Positions 40,741 through 55,300 of a stretch of DNA of 64,000 nt are shown piece by piece. A program made the position numbers and the translations under genes. Source of the DNA: Eledone cirrhosa (taxonomy: Eukaryota); assembly GCA_964016885.1 (NCBI GenBank), contig OZ024740.1, positions 184,016,001 through 184,080,000 of the forward strand, read 5' to 3'. Position 1 is the first letter of the stretch; the number at the start of each line of letters is the position of its first letter. The notes under the pieces were generated by a model. That model had not been told where the DNA came from. It saw nothing but the letters and a program-made list of their open reading frames with translations, and did not search any database.

Positions 40741-41029
40741 ATATATATAAAAGAAATACATAAATAAAAGGTTGATGAACAAAGAAGAAACATATCAGTT
40801 CGAACTCCACACCATGAGACTGAAAAACACATTAAATGTCTAATTTTCTAGTGAGACATAATTCATATAGTTCTGAGTCTGTATATTTATTATTTCATAA
40901 TATATAGTGTTTTAAATTTATGTCTCATTAATATATATTTAATATGTTACCTAAAATTATTTCAGTCATTAAAACCATATTCACACGAAGAAACATTATT
41001 AAATATTTATAGAAATATTGCCAAGGATT

Positions 41030-41868
41030 TTATTTGTGCTTTGTCTCATAGACCTTGAAAGGTATCTGACTTTATTCCATGGGACCTGTTGTAGAAGGTT
41101 CAGCGGGAGTATCGGATCGATGGACAGCTTCTGGCCCTGATGTCTCTATACAGATGCCCTAGAGTTTCTGTCAGTTAAATGCAGCTGAACCATTCAATAT
41201 GAGTGATCGACTCCGACAAGGTTGCATTTTGTTATCTCTCATGTTCATAATCTTCATGGTCAAGATTGACATGTGCAGCCAGATTGGAACTGGTATCGAG
41301 ACTGGCAGTTCTAGGATTAGTTAACTGGATTTTGCGGACTGCATGATACAATCTATTTCATTAGAAGATGATCTCTGACATGAACTTTATAGGTGTGCTG
41401 CTGAGTGCTGCATGGCCAAAATAAAAATCAGTGCTACAAAAAGTGAGACACATAATCTCTCAAAGAAGCCTGCACAATGCCTACTACATGTGTATGGAGC
41501 TTCACCAAAGGAATATGGTCAAAAATACAAGCAGCCAAAATATGGTGCCTCCAAAATATCTTTGGAGTAACGTTAATCAATAGACTGCTTAGCTCACAGA
41601 TCAGAAAGTCACTCCAGTTAGAGTCACTACTTCTCTGAATTTAGAGATGAATCTCAGATATTAGGGAAATATTGCTAGAATGTCTCAAGAAAGAACTGCT
41701 GGACTCATTTTATGGACAATACCAACTGGCAGGAAGCCCAGTTGCAGACCTCTAGCAACATTGTTGGATAACATCCATGTGTTAGGTGCATCTGATACGA
41801 AAGGCATGCTTTAAGACTCTGCCAACATGACCCTCCCAGGTATTTGTGGGCAAAGAAGAAGAAGAAGA
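41030..41868 (+). mobile_element. Degenerate RTE (Expander-like) LINE, RT to 3' end with (AAG)n tail
   Basis: DLE.., IDGQLL, EPFNMSDRLRQGCIL, MFIIFM, LDFAD; 3' end shared with the 19.3-kb and 16.3-kb fragments. Confidence 0.75.
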
Positions 41869-44800
41869 CTACATGTGAAGTTGCTGTTATACATTTATCT
41901 AGAGAATAAATTATTTTGTTTGATTATATATTCCTTTCTTTGTATGTCTGTTATAAATTGGTGGAGAAAAAAGGCAGTCATGCATGTTAACCTTCTAACC
42001 TCAACATTTTTAACCTAAAATAATTATCATTACTTGTATTGGTGAGTCTTATTTCTGTGGTATCCCCATGCACATCAGTGAATTTAATTATGGGAAGATA
42101 TGTGTCTTGGCCAAGTATACCAACTTGCTCTACTTTTGAAGATATGTGTCTTGACCAATGCTATTAACACATGATATATACTACTAATCAATTTGGCTGG
42201 TTGTTCAGTACGTTACTAATTTGGTCATCACTGATTCTTATTGCACTAATGTGAAGAATAAATAAATACACCGTATGGTGTAATTCCACACACTATATTA
42301 TAATACACTATTTGGTTACAGTATGACATTATCTAAGCCATTACTATTTCTCATATATCTTCTAATAACTTGCTATCCAATAAAGTCTTTTGTTTATATT
42401 TTTCACAGAGAAGATACATTTTTGGTTCAATCGATTATTTTAGCAATTTTAAACAATTTTATTGGCAATAGTAAAATATATATAAAAGGTTACAAAAGTA
42501 GATGTAATTTTCTGAAATGCATTCAGTTGGATCAGAATTTAAAAACAACAATAAACAAAATAAAAATGTATGTCCTAAAAATAGCAAACATTACTTTACT
42601 TAAAACCCAAATAAATATATGAATTTATTCACTAGCAAGAAGTTCAAAAAAATTAAAAAATTGCTTCCAGTTTAATATTGTGGTTTTATAGTTCTGCATT
42701 TTATAATTTTCACAATGTTTGTTTATATGAATCTGGTTTTAGTGAAAGAAATAAATTTTAGATAATATATTGAATATATATTTAATACTAAAGAAGTTTG
42801 AAGATTGTTGTATGTTCTAATAAAGTAAAAGGTTTGTTTATTTTTGTTATTTTTCAGTAAGATTAGTGAATAGGAAATGGTAGTAAGTACAGAAAACCAT
42901 GAAATTATTTTGTATTAAAGTGCTTTGTATAAAACAGCTATTTTCAATCTACTGTGTGATGAAGGGGTTTTGTTGTTATTTAAATATATGTTAGCTCTGA
43001 TTGAGCAGATCTTTGATCAAAGGTATTCCAATCATAACCATATTGTCAGTTTGTACGTCAGAAACTACATTTTCCATTGTGACCTTTATTCAATTCATGG
43101 GAAATGTGGCTGCTATTTCTAGAAAGTGAATTGATCACATAGACGCTGTCATATGTTTTTGTCTTGATATATTCTGTTGCTGTATGTTGTTGTTTAACCA
43201 AGGTTAGTCCTGCTCATATTGGTCTCTGATCAAAGGGGTTGCAGCCATAAGCATCCTGTCTTTTCCTATGAACGAATAAATCAGATTATCAAATGTGTCT
43301 TTTTCTTAGATTGTGAGTTGATGGAAAGACAGCTGTTATATCCAGCAATTTGTGTTATCACATAGAGGCTCCCTTATTAACCTGTTTTGGTGTATGTAGG
43401 AGAGGGAGGCATACCTGTTTGCACATGTGATTTACATTAGAACATGGGGAAGAGATATAACACTTTCATTACACTCTATCTGAGTTAATAAAATATTTGA
43501 AGTGATTTACTACAATTATTAATTATATCATTATTATGAGAGCAATTTTAACATAATTTAAGGCACAGTACCTATATCAAATTATGTAGGACGATTTTGA
43601 TTTAAATAGGAACCCTTTAAAATGAATGACTGCTTCATAGAATCGGAGGTGGCTTTGGTGGGTGGGCTGTGAAGTGTACCAGAAGTTGACCAAATGATAT
43701 CGCTTATTGTTTGTGAATAGGGTTTATGAACAAAGTGAAGGATACCTGTTATTAAAGGTGATAGGCTGGACAAACCTATCTACATCATCCCAGCACAGAA
43801 GAACTGAACATGTGGTGATTAATAAAGTCTTTATAAAACTGAATTCATCATAGATGTAACATACAAAATGTATTTACTTTTATTTTAGAATTGTTGCATA
43901 ATACATTTAACTTGTAAATATAAATCCTATAGAAAAATATTAAGATAATAATTTATCTTGATCTCCAGAGTAAATATTTAAAGTAAATATTAGCTATAGT
44001 AAATAACAGGTAGAAGAGAAAGAGATGGTTCTTGCTACATTAGATACAGCAAACAGCATATATTATACATAAATACATGATGTGAAATAAAGATATATAA
44101 CAGAAGTATTCTGTCTTCCAAAAGTCATAACAGTTTATTAATTATATTGTTTTCTTCTATTGCAAGAATTTTCAGGTTTATTTCTTAGAACTGATTGATT
44201 AAAAGGAAGCAGCAATCTAACTTATTTATCATACAATATAATTGTTAGCTAAAGTACATTGCTAATGATTTTATTGCATCTTTGTATATCAGTAGCAATG
44301 CTAACACTTAGTCATCATCTCTGTGCTTTTCTTTCTAATTACATAGTCAATAATAATAGAAGAGCCAGTCACTGACAAAATAATCTGTACCTGAAAAACA
44401 TCTAATATGAAACTAGCTACAATATATTTTATTTAGCCTATTCTGCTTTGAAGCTATAGATAAAATATTATTTTATTGAATATATTCTAACACTGAAGAA
44501 CATCTTAAATAGAGTTTGATGCATGAGTAGAATATTGTTCCAAAATATGTCGTAATGCTTCATGGTTGACTTGAATCATTCTGATAATTAGATGATGTCA
44601 CTTCTATGTAAATCTATAGCTCTACAAATGCAGCTGATATTTCCTTGGGCAAAAGCCTGTCAATGTTCAGATTAAATGTTTCAAATCCGTATATATTCGA
44701 GCAATGAAAAATAATGTAAATTTGAATAAATACTAAGTGAAAAATGGGTGTGAGGAACTAGCCTTTGCAGCAAGTTCTCTCCCTTACAAAAGCTATGAAA

Positions 44801-46344
44801 GAGCTAATAGAAATGAGATTTAAAATACAATTATATTACAACTTTAAATCTAAATGAAAAATACACATTTTTCAATATCAACACTTTTCAATAGTATCTG
44901 ATATCACCAATCTTATACGTGGGGTTGTCATCTTTTCTCTAATCATTATTAGCAATGAATGCTATGAGTTAGGCTTCATTTCAGTCATACATCCAGCAAT
45001 TAAAATGTGTCAACTTTTTTCATGGCTTCATTCTAACTGAACTTATACAGTGTAGAGTAAAATAGAGTTTTCTTATTTTTCAGAATTGAAAACATGTCAA
45101 CATAAAAGCTAAATATTTCTTAAATCATAATTAGTCATAATTAAAATGGAAGTGGAGTTTGATAATGTGATCCTGATTAAAGTGAGATGGTCATAGTTGG
45201 AAGTTATATTACAGGCATGCGCAAAGACAATTGGCGTGTAGTTAACAACAAAAACAACAATGAAATCATAGCTTATACGTCTAGATTTACACGACAAAAA
45301 TGAATAAAACTGTATTTCCCCCTGCAAGAATTATTTAATTATTGAATAAACAGACGTTATATATTATTTGTAATTTGTTTACTGATTTCAGAAGGATTTC
45401 AATTTTACATAAAATTCAAATCTTATGATTTGTGGTTTATTGCTCTCTCTCACCCTCTCCCTTCTATCACTCTCTCACTTGTTGTCTCTCTTTCCTTCTT
45501 TTACTCTATGAACCCTATATAATGTCTCTTATTCTACCTTTTGCTTTCAAAGTATTCATAGAGTGGTTGGAATTAAACAAGCATTAGAGAAACTTGTTGA
45601 AGTTTAACGTAATGGAAACTCATTACATAAATATATCTAAACATAATGTGTTGATTAACTGCTGCATGGTAAATAGTGTCTGGATGTTGGCCCACATCAC
45701 AGGCATAAAATATGGGTGCAATTTATATTTGAGTATTTACAGTATATATTCCACAATTCACATCTACCGTTAGCTGAAATGGATGGTTACATACCATTCA
45801 AACTCTCTCGTTAATTTATGATAAAATTCAACATTATTTCATTCATTTTAATGTAGCTACTGATGCAAATATAAGCTTTGTTTTGAAATTTAAAATGTTT
45901 TCCCCTTCAACTATATAATCAAATAAAGATCAAAACCAATAAAATCATTGGCTGAAATTTTAACAATATTTTTATTACTGATCTGAATTTTGACCAACTG
46001 TAAATGATGTCCATAATGTTATGAAATAATGGAAATGTATAGAGAAATATTAATGGTTCATAAAAAAAAAATGAGAAGAAAAGAAATGCTTGAATCATCT
46101 AAAGAAATGCTAATAAGCCTGAAGTACAACAAAGACTTTCTTAAGGATAAACAATGGTTTAAGATACTAATCACAAAATTCAATCACTTCATTTTGAGAT
46201 TCCTGTCTGGAAAATCAATTACAGTTTTTGATCAGTGACAAAGCTGCTATGGCATTGTAGATGGTTCTAAATCTATTTTCTATGAGAAGTGAAACCTTGC
46301 TTATAATGAGAATATTAAAAATAGTAATTTATAGCAATAATAAT

Positions 46345-46531
46345 AATTGTTTCTACTTTGGCACAAGGCCAGCAATTATCCAGTGCATTACTGGTACTTT
46401 ATTTTATAGACCCCGTAAGGATGAAAGGCAAAGTTAACCTCGGCGGGATTTGAACTCGGAATGGCAAGGGCCGTAACTCTATGCGACAAAGCATGGCATC
46501 CGACCCTCTACTGATACTGCCAATCAACCGC
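46345..46531 (-). mobile_element. SINE with target-site duplication
   Basis: Family consensus; TATAGCAATA(A/T)TAATAAT on both sides. Confidence 0.9.
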
Positions 46532-46644
46532 CTATAGCAATATTAATAATGATTTCTAATGTTGGTGCAAGGCCAGTAGTTTTGGGAAAATTGATAGATG
46601 ATTAGATCAACTTCAAAAGGAGGAAAAGCAAATAATAATAACAT

Positions 46645-47063
46645 TAAAACAGAACACAATAGGCCTGACATGGTGGGGTTCGACAAGGAAAAAGTTCTTG
46701 CTCAGTTAAATATGTAGCTTGCCCCTTTGACACACGAGTGCAAGAAAAGGAGGAGAAATTTAACCGGTACCAGGGTCTAAAGTGGGAGGTGAAAGGAATT
46801 GTGATTGTTCTGAGTCAATGTCCTCATTATCATAAGAGCACTAGGTACCAACTCAAAGAGTTGCCAAAGCTGGCTAAAGGATAAGCCACCTTTTCTGGAA
46901 CTCTACAAAAAAGCATGCCTACTGGGAGCAACAAGTACCCACTGATATGTGCTCAATATCTGAGGCTGCAGGTAGTTGCTTGATATTTATTTTGACAAAA
47001 TTATCCAGTTAAATAACATCAATGACTGTGATATCAAATTCTCAAGAATAATAATAATAATAA
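46645..47063 (+). mobile_element. 3' fragment of an R4/Dong-like LINE (restriction-like endonuclease domain)
   Basis: RPDMVGFDKEK, PFD, EEKFNRYQGLKWEV, IIIRALGT, KACLLGAT, YVLNI*, then a short UTR ending in (AAT)n. Confidence 0.7.
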
Positions 47064-47281
47064 TCATTTCTGATTTAGGCACAAGGCCAGCAATTTTTGG
47101 TGAGAGGAAAGCTGATTAAATTGAGACCAGTGGATGACTGGTACTTTATTTTATCGAACCGGTTAATAACGAAAGGCAAAGTTAACATTGGAAGGAATTA
47201 AACTGAAGATGTGAAGGGCTGTTAATCTATGCTACTGAGCAGGGTCGTTGATGCTCTAACGATTCTGCTAATCCACCACCC
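47064..47281 (-). mobile_element. Diverged SINE copy
   Basis: ttaggcacaaggccagcaa...ctggtactttattttatcga...gaaaggcaaagttaac...ctgctaatccacc. Confidence 0.75.
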
Positions 47282-47554
47282 TGAATAGTAATAATAACAA
47301 GAATAATAATAACAATAATAATAATGCTTTCTTTATTAATACATTAAGGACAGTACAAGACAATACAGGACGGTACAAATGGGCATTTCTGTGTGTAAAA
47401 AAAACAAGAAACAGAGGATGTAATAATAGAACATGAAAAAATTCCCCAATAGAGGGGAGACTACCAAGCGACATTCGGTGAGAAAGCCCATTAAAAAGCC
47501 ACAGTGACCCAGACCACCAGGGCAAGTACCCTCTCCCAGTTTTCCACCTTTAAT

Positions 47555-50535
47555 TTACAGACACATACTCAGAGTAGGCCCATTCACTCGGGCTATTCTT
47601 GCCTCTCTCACCCATCTTTCAACAAAATGCTGGGAAGAGAGAACTTCCCTCTCTACCCTGATTTTCCTTTTCAAATGAAATTTGAAAAAGTTAATCAGAG
47701 CATCACCGAAGAGGTAAGTGCTCGTCTTCATCCCTTTCAAACGTGTCCACCATACTATCTCTTTCGCCATGGCCACCAGACAGATAAAAACTGCCTGCCC
47801 ATCCCGGCTAAAGGAGGAGGGCGGGGCAATCCTCACGATGGACTCAGATGATAGCTGGATCCGTCCTGCACGCGACAGCAGGTGTTCGACATAAACACAC
47901 AAGTCAGCAATGCTCAGACACTGGACGAGTGCGTGCAGGACGGTTTCGTCGCCCTGCGCGCATCGCGGACATGCCCGGCTGACGGCACTTCCATGCCTGT
48001 AGAGTTTATCCCGAACTGGCAAAGCTCCTCGGTAGCACCGCTAGGCCAGGGATTTCTGGAAGTTGTCCATAGGTCCCGGCACGAAAGTTCTTCCGAAGAG
48101 ATTGGCTAGTTGATTTTCGTCGGCGCCTGGAGTTTCCCCAAGTACGTCGTCGCTCTTCCCCTCCACTAATACTCTATAGAACGCCAAGGTGGAGTTTTCA
48201 CCGATCACATTGCCCGATTGGTTGAGGGCTGTGAGCGCCTGAAGACATTCCAGTCTCCAAGCGCTCCCTCTCGGTCTTCGCTTGACCCAGAACTGCAGCT
48301 CCGTCAAGGAGACAAGCTGGGGAAAGACGCGTCTAGCAAATGGCGACCACACCTGATCACCGTCGAGGAAGAGGTGGAGATGTCGTAGCATGAGCGCGTG
48401 TCTGCGCATCATCAGCCATGGCATTGCCAGCCCTCCACGTAGCGGGTGTTGACAGCAGACGGACCGCGTGACCATCGGAGCGCGTCCCTTCCACAAAAAG
48501 CGAAAGAGCAAACGCTCCAGCGCAGTCAAGTGGGGCTTAGGACAAAGTACGGGTAGTAGATGACGGACGTGATATACGCGTTAGCCACCTCCGCTCGACC
48601 TTTCAGGGATAGCTTCCTCTCCGCCCATTTCTGGGTGAGAGAAGCCACCCTGCTCGTCACCTCGTCCCAGTTTTTGTCCGTCTGGACGTCCGGACCAAAC
48701 CAGACCCCGAGCAATTTAACCGGTCCGTCCGTCCAGCGCCCGACGACGCTGTTGGACGGCATGGACCTGCCTCTCCAGGTGCCGATCTGCAGACCCACTG
48801 ACTTTTCCTGGTTGATCATTGCTCCTATCACCGCTTCGTATTCTCTTAGTGTAGTGCCGATCGCCTCGATGTGTTTGGCGTTCGACACCGCTACGGTGAC
48901 ATCGTCCGCATATGCTGACATGGATCTTCCGCATCCTAGTTCCGGCGGGACCCCCCTCATCGTTTCCAGTTTGTGGAGTAATGGTTGAGAGTCAATACAT
49001 ACAAGAGAGACGAGAGGGGACATCTTTTTCGGACCGAGGGCATGATGTTGAACGGTTCCAGAAGGTGACCGTTCACTCTCACCACAGAGCAGATGTCGCT
49101 GTGCATGGCAGCGATCCAGCCTCTGAAGACGGGCCCAAAATCAGCCGCCCTCAGGACCGCCGCTAGGTAACGATGGTCGACCCTATCGAAAGCTTTCGAC
49201 TGATCTAAATTGATCAAGGACCCACCCGTGCCAGGTTCCCTAGCTACCCCCTCTACGATGTATCGCATGAGGTGGAGGTTGTCGTGGATGGATCTGTCGG
49301 GAATGGCGCATGTCTGCGCCTCTCCCACCAGACCACCAACGACAAGCGCCAACATCTTCGCTAGCACCTTGGCCAAAATCTTGAACTCTGTGTTTAGCAG
49401 AGTCATGGGCCTAAAATTATCTATGTTATCCTCCTTGTTCGTATCCTTTCTAAGCAGCGCCACAGCTCCTCGGCTCACAGAGCTGGGAATTCTCCCGTTC
49501 TGTTGCCAGTTACTGTAGACGTCCGCCAAGAGGTTTCCGAACAAGTCTGGCATTTGTACGTAAAGTTCATAGGGCAGACCATCCAAACCAGGCGATTTAG
49601 CCCTTGTGCAGCCAGTCATTGCCTCCCTTACTTCAGCGGCTGTTATCAGATTTTCGCAACACTCCGCCTCAGTGGCCGAGAGCAGCGGCAGTCCTTCGAG
49701 GTGGACACTAAAGTCAATCCCTCGACCCGGCCCGCCGCTGCCCCCGAACAGCTGTGCGAAATATCACTGAAAAGTAATGACGCGTTTAGCTTCCAGTAGC
49801 CGGGTCCTCGTCTATGAAGCCTATTTAAGTCAAGCACACAGATCACAAATATGTGGTCCGTGTAGCTGACTATTTTGAATTGTGGACAGCCTATGCTAGA
49901 CCTGCTAGCCTATGCTAGACCAGCCTATCAGCCTATGCTGATCTGGATGACCCGATACGGTTTGTCCAAGCCCACATTGGCACATTCGGGAAATCCAATC
50001 GGTACCTGTCAGACAGTTCAAAACGCCTGAGCAGATTGGTGAGGCTCTTGCACCCTCCTCCCCTATCCGCCAATCCCACACAGTCCCAGCGTGCATCTAA
50101 GATCCCGTTCCAGTCGTCCACTAGCAATAAAGAGCGGGACGTTCCAAGAAAGGTCTCCAGAGGCCGGAATAAATCAGGCCGCCCTGCTCCTGTCGGAGCA
50201 TAGACGCCCATTAGCCTCAAAGATTATCCGTCTCCGCTGGTCACGTCTAGCACCACCAACTTACCTTCTGAGTCCAGGAAGATGGCCCGTATGGAGAGAT
50301 CCAAACCTCTCCGAAAAAGCACAGCAACTTCTTCCCCCGATCCCGGACCGCTGGGAGAATCGTACACATCGTAGCCGCCGAAGATCGCTGCGAAGGCTCG
50401 TGCTTCGGAGATCCTGGTCTCCCTGATGGCCACTACATCTATGTTTAGTGAACTAAGGTCGTTGAGCAGGTGGCCCTGCTTCCATGACGACCCCAGGCCA
50501 AGCGCATTTATGCTGCCTATTCTAAGTGAGGTCAT
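47555..50535 (-). pseudogene. Disrupted ORF2 (APE + RT) of copy B
   Basis: MTSLRIGSINALGLG, GVYAP, YWKLN, KSPGLDGLPYE, DQSKAFDRVDH, AYADD, CPRC...ETVLHALVQC. Confidence 0.92.
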
Positions 50536-50569
50536 GTTGAAATGGAGTGGAAACGATGCGAAAGACTAC

Positions 50570-52153
50570 TTACCTTACTTCTCGTAGAGGAAGGATGGTT
50601 TGTCCATCCTTTTCACTGCTTGTGGCCTCCTCCGGAAGGATGTCCTTATAAATCCTCCTGGAGTGTGTTTGTCGGAAGTCTCTGATGTCTTTGGGGAATC
50701 TTTGTTTTAGTGTCGTGTACGTTTTCTTAGTGATGCGAGTGATTTGTATGTGTGGAGTTGGTGTGAACTTTTGGGTTGTTGTGTAGTCTTTTTCTGTGAT
50801 GCTAGTGTTGTGTTGGATGTAGTGTAATAAATGGTTGTTGTTCAAATTTAATGCTGTGTAGTGTGTATCGTTTTGGTTGTTTTGTTTTGTTTGCCATTGT
50901 TGTGGGTTTGTTTCTGTTACGCTTTTTGGTGACTTTTGTGGTGTGTGTGATGGTGGTGTTGGGGTTAATGATGGTGATGGTGTTGGTATTTGTGGTGATG
51001 GGGTTGGTGATGCTGGTGTGGATGGTGGCATATCTGTTCTAACTTTTTTGTTTGATAGTTTATTTGTTTCCCTCTGTATTTTGTTTTTGGAGGCGGAAGA
51101 AAGAGAGTTTTTTTCTTTTTTGGTTTATTTTTTGCTTTTTTTCTGATACCGTTTCCCACTCCTCGTCGTCACAATCTGTCTCCAGTTGCGATAAGCCGGG
51201 GAGTGGAAAATCCTCCACAGGTGCTGGTGCTAGTTCTGGCGCGTTGTGTGGTGGTGGTGTTGGTTTTACTACTGTTGCTGCGGTTGTTGCTATTACAGTT
51301 GCTTCTCTTGTTGCTGCTACAGATGTTGCTGCCATCACTGCTGCTGGTGGTGTTGATGGTTGAGTCACTGGGGTGGGTAAGTGAGGTGGCCTCAACCTTT
51401 AGCCTGAGGGCAGAAAGCCCATAGGTGGGTTCCTTCACCACAAACGACACACCTAGGCCTTCTACACTCGACGATTACGGTGAGGTGGCTGCTGTCAGTG
51501 AGGTCTAATACCTGTGGGATCTCCTCAATACTTTTATGGTCCGCTTGGATCAGGAGCTCCATCCCAGACCTGGACCAGTTCTGCTTTTCTTTCGCTATTT
51601 CGATTATCTTGGTGTTGGCCTCGATGCCGGCAAGGACGGCAACCATTAACCAGGGAATTTCGATGGCCGGCGGAACGTGGGACTGACCCTGTATCCATCT
51701 TTCTTTACCATTCTTTTGGCTTCTAATTCCTCCTGAGTTACCTGGATCGCTTCGCACGTTTTTGCTACTCTCGTAAAATACAGGGTAGTTTTCTCAATTT
51801 CATTGTTGCTGTTGTTATCGTTATTTTTGTTATTGTTAATTTTAGTTTCAGTTGTGGTGGTGGTGGCGTCAGTGGTGTTCGGTGTGGAAGAGTTCATTTT
51901 GGTTGAATTCATTTCGATATCACGAGTTAATTTCTTTTTTCTTTTCTTTCTGTTGTCGCTGTGGTGGTGGTGAGGGTGGTGGGTTTAACACCTGCAGTCA
52001 TTGTAATGGCGGGAAATGAATGTCTTCCTGAGACAAATTAAAAATATTGCTACCGCTTATATTTTTAGTGTTGGCAAACGTAATAATATGTACAATGGTG
52101 GTGTCGGTGTGAGGTGTTAGTTTGTGAGGAAGGTGTGAATCTGAGTCGGCCAT
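50570..52153 (-). pseudogene. Disrupted gag-like ORF1 of copy B
   Basis: Zinc knuckle CVVCGEGTHLWAFC (CX2CX4HX4C), P/T-rich linker and basic patch; frameshifted; start position uncertain. Confidence 0.75.
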
Positions 52154-52399
52154 GACTTCACAGAGAAATATTTTTTTGTTTGATAATTATAAAAAGTTAA
52201 AATTTTGGGCTCAAGGCACCAATCTTCTTGAGTGTCCTTTTCAGAAATCAATGTATGTGCACTTATATACAGTTAACAATAAAAAATTTCCATAAATGGC
52301 AATTTTAAACAACTGAAAATAAAAAACTTTGCGGAGCTCACGATGATACGATTTACTACATAGGTCATCAATAACAATAATAATAATAATAATAATAAT

Positions 52400-55300
52400 G
52401 GTTTCATTTATTGTCCTCAAGGGCAGACATATAGGGGACAATACAATAGACAGGGACAGTGGGGGTTTTACAAAAAAATTGAGTAAACAATAGGAAAACA
52501 AAAACAATAAACAGGAAAAATACAGCAATAAAAATTCCCCAATTCAGGGGATAACAACCTAGGGTTGGTTCAGGTACCCCACCAACCTGAAACACCCGAT
52601 GCTTCGAGAGCACCCTTGAAGGGCACCCCTCTCCTCCGCAAATTCGCTAGCCTACAGGCACATGATCAGAATAGGCCCACTCACACAGGCCATTCTCATC
52701 ACATTCACCCACCTTTCAACAAATGTACTGGGAGCAGCAATTCTCTCTCCATCCTCACCTTCCTTTCCAAATGAAATTGAAAAAGTTGATGATGGATTGC
52801 CCGAAGAGAAAAGGGTCTGTTTTCAGTCATTTCAAACTGGTCCACCATACAACCTCTTTCGCTACTGTCACCTGACAGAGGAAAATTCCCTGCCCTTCCT
52901 GGCCAAAAGAAGGTGGCAGTTAGATGTTCACTATCGACTCGAGTGATAACCCTTCTACACATGACAACAACTGTTCGACATGACTCCACACGTCAGCAAT
53001 GCATGAATACGGGACGAGTGCATGCTGAATGGTTTCGTTATTCTGGGTGCATGTTGGGCAGGTCCGTCTGACAGCACTTCCATGCCGGTAGAGTTTATCT
53101 CGAACCGGCAATGATCCCTCAGTAGCACTGCCAACCAAGGGATTTTTCGAAGTTATCCATGGCCTCCTGTTCGAAAGTCCTCCAAAACAGACTGTTTAGT
53201 TCGACTTTGTTGATGCCCATTGCCTTGCGGACAACGAATGCTCTATAGAACTCAAGTGTGGAAGTTCCACTGAACACATTGCCCTACCTGGTAGAGGGCA
53301 GTGAGTGTCTGGCAACATTCCAGATGCCAGTCACCCAGTCTCGGTCTCTTCTTGACCCAGGACTGCAGCTCAGTCAAAGAGACGAGGTGCGGAAAGGCCT
53401 GTCTGACAAACGGAAACCACACCTGTTCACCGTTTAGGCAGAATATCTGGAGATGCTGAAGCCTCAGCGCATGTCTGTGCATCAATAGCCACTTCATGCC
53501 CAGCCGTCCATGTGGAGGGTGCTGGCACCAGATGGACCGCCCCACTAACACAACCTGTCCCCTCCACAAGAATTTGAAGAGGTGCCGTTCCAAGTTGATG
53601 AGGCGTGGACGGGTCAACTGACGACAGTCAGGCGAAAGTAGATGACGGACGCGATGTACGTGTTCGTCACCCCCACTCAACCTTTCAGTGATAGCTTCCT
53701 CCCAGCCCATTTCTTGATATAACTGGCTACCCTGCACATCACCTCGACTTAATTATTATCCAGCTGGAGGTCTGGCCCGAACAAAACCCCGAGCAAATTT
53801 ACCGATCCATCCGTCCAGCACCCAACTACGCAGTTAGACGGCATTGAGTTGCATCTCAAGGTGGCGAGTTTCAAGCCCAGTGACTTTTCCGGGTTAAGTT
53901 TACCTCCCGTCAACCTTTCATATTCCTCCAAAAAGGTGCCGAACACCTCGATTTACGAGGTGTCCGACACCATCATGGTGACGTCGTCCGCATAAGCTGA
54001 CACACCCTTTCCACGTCCTGGTTCGATCGGGATGCCCTGCAACAGCTTCAGTTTCCGCAGTAAAGTGTCGAGAGCGAATACGCACAGAAGGCAAGAGAGA
54101 GGGCACTCGGGACGGATCGATCGGGAGATCTGAAACGGTTCTGAGAGGTGGCCATTAACTTTGACCACCGAGTAGATGTCGTTATGCATTGCAGCGATCC
54201 AGCTTCTGAGAACGGAGCCGAATCCAGCCGCCTTCAGGACAGCCTCTACGAATGTTTGGATTGATCTAAATTGATCAGAGCCCCACCGAAGCCGGGTTTA
54301 TACCCTACTCCCTCTATGATGTATCGCATGAGGTGGAGGTTTTCGTGTGTGGACCTGGTCGGGATTGCGCAAGTTTGCGCCTCTCCAAACAAATCTTTGA
54401 CGTTCAAGTGCCAACCTCTTCACTAACACCTCGGCCAAAATCTTAAACTCTGTGTTGAGCAAAGTTATGGGCCTGAAGTTGTCTTACGTGTTCCTCTTCT
54501 TCTCATCTTTCCTTATCAGGACACTACGCCCCGCTCACAGAACTCGCAAAAGCCCATTCTGCCGCCAGTTGCAGTAGAGCGCTTCGAGGAGATCGGAGAA
54601 AATGTCTGGCATATTTACATAAAGCTCGTAGGGCAGACCATTCAAACCATGTGACTCTCACCTCATGCATCCGACAAAGGGCATCCTGAATTTCGGCCGA
54701 AGTAATCAGCCTTTCGCAGCATTCAGCGTCGACCGTTGAGATGCGCAGCAAGCTATTGAGGTAGGGGCTGAAGTCCGCTATTGTCCCTGATACGCCATTC
54801 TCCTCCAACAACCGAGCAAACTGTTGCCAAAAGGCCTCACATCCGCTTGGAATCGCTCAGTTCGTGTCCGTTTTGGTGGGCCATCAAGGATCGAATTTTG
54901 GTTTTATTACCACGCTATGCCTTACCCACGCCGTCCCATCGAACAGCTAGCTTTGGTTCCCTCGTTTTTCAGAGCACGTGCCTTAGCTCTGACAATGCAA
55001 ACATCGTGTTTCGTATTGAAGCAATGGTCTAATGCCATTCTCACCGCTAGAATGTTAGTTGCAATGCCACTACAAATAGCCTCATCTAACTTAGCTAACA
55101 GCTCCCCCTCCTTTATATTTTTCTCTAACGCTACTTCTCTACTAGACCCTATCGAAATTACTCTAATCTCTCTTTCGAGAGCCCCCGCTAACTGTTGTTG
55201 ACGACACCCTGTCAACTTTTGTTTAACTATATTGTTGACCCGGTCCCTGTAAGATTTACGTGCCGGAAACGCTATGTTCCGCCTCCAGTAACCAGGTCCT

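Larger units (their letters stand above)
47326..52369 (-). mobile_element. Tx1/L1-like LINE copy B, full-length ends, internal deletion
   Basis: 5' UTR, ORF1, ORF2, 3' UTR with AATAAA. Bounded by AATAACAATAATAATAAT at 47308-47325 and 52370-52387. Confidence 0.9.
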
